From Planctomycetota bacterium (lineage in GTDB: Bacteria > Planctomycetota > SZUA-567 > H5-PLA8): a stretch of 15,263 nucleotides of DNA. The notes under the pieces are model-generated. The model was not told the DNA's origin. It did not search any database and was given only the letters and a program-made list of their open reading frames with translations. Within the stretch, counting starts at the first letter, position 1; each line of letters opens with the position of its first letter. This document shows, in pieces, positions 13,536-15,263 of this stretch. The position numbers and the translations under genes are program-made. The stretch spans positions 1-15,263 of the forward strand of contig JBBRPR010000109.1 in assembly GCA_038227875.1 (NCBI GenBank), written 5' to 3'.

Positions 13536-15263
13536 ATGACATCCATTTTTGACCATCCCGTGTTCCGTTACAGCCGTTACGTGTTGTGCGTGCTCAGCGC
13601 CGGCGCGACGGTGATGATCGCGGGGCTGGCCAATCCGCATTCGGTGCCGTGGCTGATCGCGTTTTACACCACGGCGGTGGTCATGATCGCGGCGTCGCGC
13701 CGGTTCAATCAGTCGCCACTTTATCGCTCGTTCGTGGTCTATCTTGTCGCGCAGATGGCCTATCTGCTGATCGTCTTTGCGCTCTTTGTCTGCGTGCCGG
13801 GGCGCAATCCGGAACTGACGCTCCGGTCGGTCCGCTTCTGGATGCACTACCTTTTCTTCCTGGGCATCTGCACCGCGCCGATTCACTATCATTTCACGTT
13901 GAGATTCGCGCAGTTCCATCATTGGATATGGAAGGTGCTGGAATACGCGGGCTGGGCCGGCTGCGTCTACTTCTGCATCACCAATATCCAGGGCACGTAC
14001 GTTAACAACTACACTTGGGCCGGCGTGGTCTGGGTGCCGAATACCGAACCCGTCTACGTTCAATTTTTCTACTTCACCAGCTTTTATTTGACACTCGGCG
14101 CGCTGGTTCCGCTGCTCTCGGTGTTCACCGCCGAGACGCGCAGCCGCCGGATCCAGATGTTGTTTTACTTTTTCGGCGCGTCGCCGGCCTGGCTTTCGTG
14201 CTGGAGCAACTTTCTGATCAGCTACGGCGTCAATCTTTATCCGGCCGGCGGCTTCATGTTCCTGATGCACGCGGCGCTGCTTGCTTACGCGGTGCTGGTC
14301 TACCGTGCGTTTCCGGTCAGCTTCAAGGTCCGTCGCGGCCTGGCCTATGCAACCTGCTGCGTGGTTCTCGGCGCCGTTTACGCCATCACGTCGCTCGTCT
14401 TGATCCAAGCCGAGCAGCAGAACACCGTCTCACTGCTGATTCGGCTGTTCGTGTTGCTGATCCTGATCTTCCTCTACGCGCCTCTGCTGGGCTGGCTGCA
14501 GCACCGGCTCGATTCGTTCTTTTTCAGAGACTCCGTCGACCGCGAGCAGTTACTCGAACGCTTTGCGCAGGAGACCGCGGCGGTGCTCGATCTGACGAAG
14601 GTCGCGGAAAGTCTCTGCGGCGTGCTTCACGCCGGATTGAAGCCCCGGCGGGTCGACTTTTATCTGAAACCATCGAGCCAGGACCAATTCGCGCTGGTGG
14701 GCGCGTTCGAGCAGACGTTCACCCCACAGGCATGGCCCTCGGAACAGAAATTGCCCGACGATGTCGCTGACAGGGTCGGGCGGGAAGTGGCGGCCTTCCG
14801 CACGCGGGTGACTGTCGCGACGCAGGATCGCGTCGTACAGATGGCCACCAGCGACGAAGCGCTCATCGTCCCGGTGGTCCACGGCGCCGAACGTCTGGCA
14901 TGCATCCTGATCGGACCCAAACGTGCCGATGAGGCTTTTTCACTCGAAGACATTCGCTTCGCCGAAACGCTGGCGGCCAGTTCGTCGAGCGTGCTGCAGA
15001 ACGCGCGCTCTTTCCTGCAGATCGAACGGTTGCAGAAGCTGACCGCGTCGATTCTCAACTCGCTCAGCACCGGCGTGCTGTTGATTACAGAAGACGGCGA
15101 CATTCTTACAGCCAACGGCGCTGCGCGGGAAATCTGCGGCACGGGTGAGCAGTTCCCGAACAAGCTCAACGCGCTGTGGGAAGTTCAGCCCATCCTCGCC
15201 AGCGCCATCCGCCGCGCATTGAAGGAACGCGATCTGCGCAGCAACGATGAGCTCCGTCTGGAA
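13536..15263 (+). CDS. Membrane-bound sensor (multi-TM HisKA_7TM-like N-terminus + GAF + start of PAS), probably a histidine kinase; 3'-truncated by the window
   Basis: Not in the ORF track because it has no stop. Translated by hand from the ATG at 13536 (MTSIFDHPVFRYSRYVLCVL...), open to the window end. Many TM helices, 'LAYAVLVYRAF...VRRGLAY', 'PLLGWLQHRLDSFFFRD', GAF-like 'LIVPVVHGAERLACILIGPKRADEAFSLEDIRFAETLA', PAS-like 'ILNSLSTGVLLITEDGDILTANGAAREI'. The output domain is not visible. Confidence 0.85.
   Translation, partial: MTSIFDHPVFRYSRYVLCVLSAGATVMIAGLANPHSVPWLIAFYTTAVVMIAASRRFNQSPLYRSFVVYLVAQMAYLLIVFALFVCVPGRNPELTLRSVRFWMHYLFFLGICTAPIHYHFTLRFAQFHHWIWKVLEYAGWAGCVYFCITNIQGTYVNNYTWAGVVWVPNTEPVYVQFFYFTSFYLTLGALVPLLSVFTAETRSRRIQMLFYFFGASPAWLSCWSNFLISYGVNLYPAGGFMFLMHAALLAYAVLVYRAFPVSFKVRRGLAYATCCVVLGAVYAITSLVLIQAEQQNTVSLLIRLFVLLILIFLYAPLLGWLQHRLDSFFFRDSVDREQLLERFAQETAAVLDLTKVAESLCGVLHAGLKPRRVDFYLKPSSQDQFALVGAFEQTFTPQAWPSEQKLPDDVADRVGREVAAFRTRVTVATQDRVVQMATSDEALIVPVVHGAERLACILIGPKRADEAFSLEDIRFAETLAASSSSVLQNARSFLQIERLQKLTASILNSLSTGVLLITEDGDILTANGAAREICGTGEQFPNKLNALWEVQPILASAIRRALKERDLRSNDELRLE

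Noticed and set aside
13317..14770. ORFs 13317-14408(-), 13586-14005(+), 14015-14770(+)
   Set aside because: Antisense or off-frame relative to the real sensor CDS starting at 13536.

Overview
GC-rich bacterial chromosomal window with 13 credible CDS. The protein styles suggest a Planctomycetota-like organism, but that is inference only. Left: a WD40-type membrane-anchored protein, a secreted hypothetical protein, and a Zn-ribbon/TM/Pro-rich protein. Centre (3958-6740) holds the most interesting element, a four-gene cluster. Two tandem paralogous 4-TM proteins (TIGR04222-like) end in Gly/Cys low-complexity tails, followed by a DUF692/MNIO multinuclear non-heme iron enzyme and a partner protein. 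This is a candidate RiPP-like system in which the modified 'core peptide' is the cytoplasmic tail of an integral membrane protein. The MNIO Shine-Dalgarno and start codon lie inside the codons of the Gly-Cys tail. Next come an orphan EboC-like UbiA prenyltransferase, a GspE/PilB-like protein with degenerate ATPase motifs, an acyl-CoA dehydrogenase, yggS, a GH2 glycoside hydrolase, and a multi-TM/GAF/PAS sensor that runs off the window and is missing from the ORF track. Two convergent gene junctions are filled by long inverted repeats built from 7-nt tandem units. No rRNA, tRNA, CRISPR or IS element was seen. All family calls come from motif recognition by eye, not database searches.
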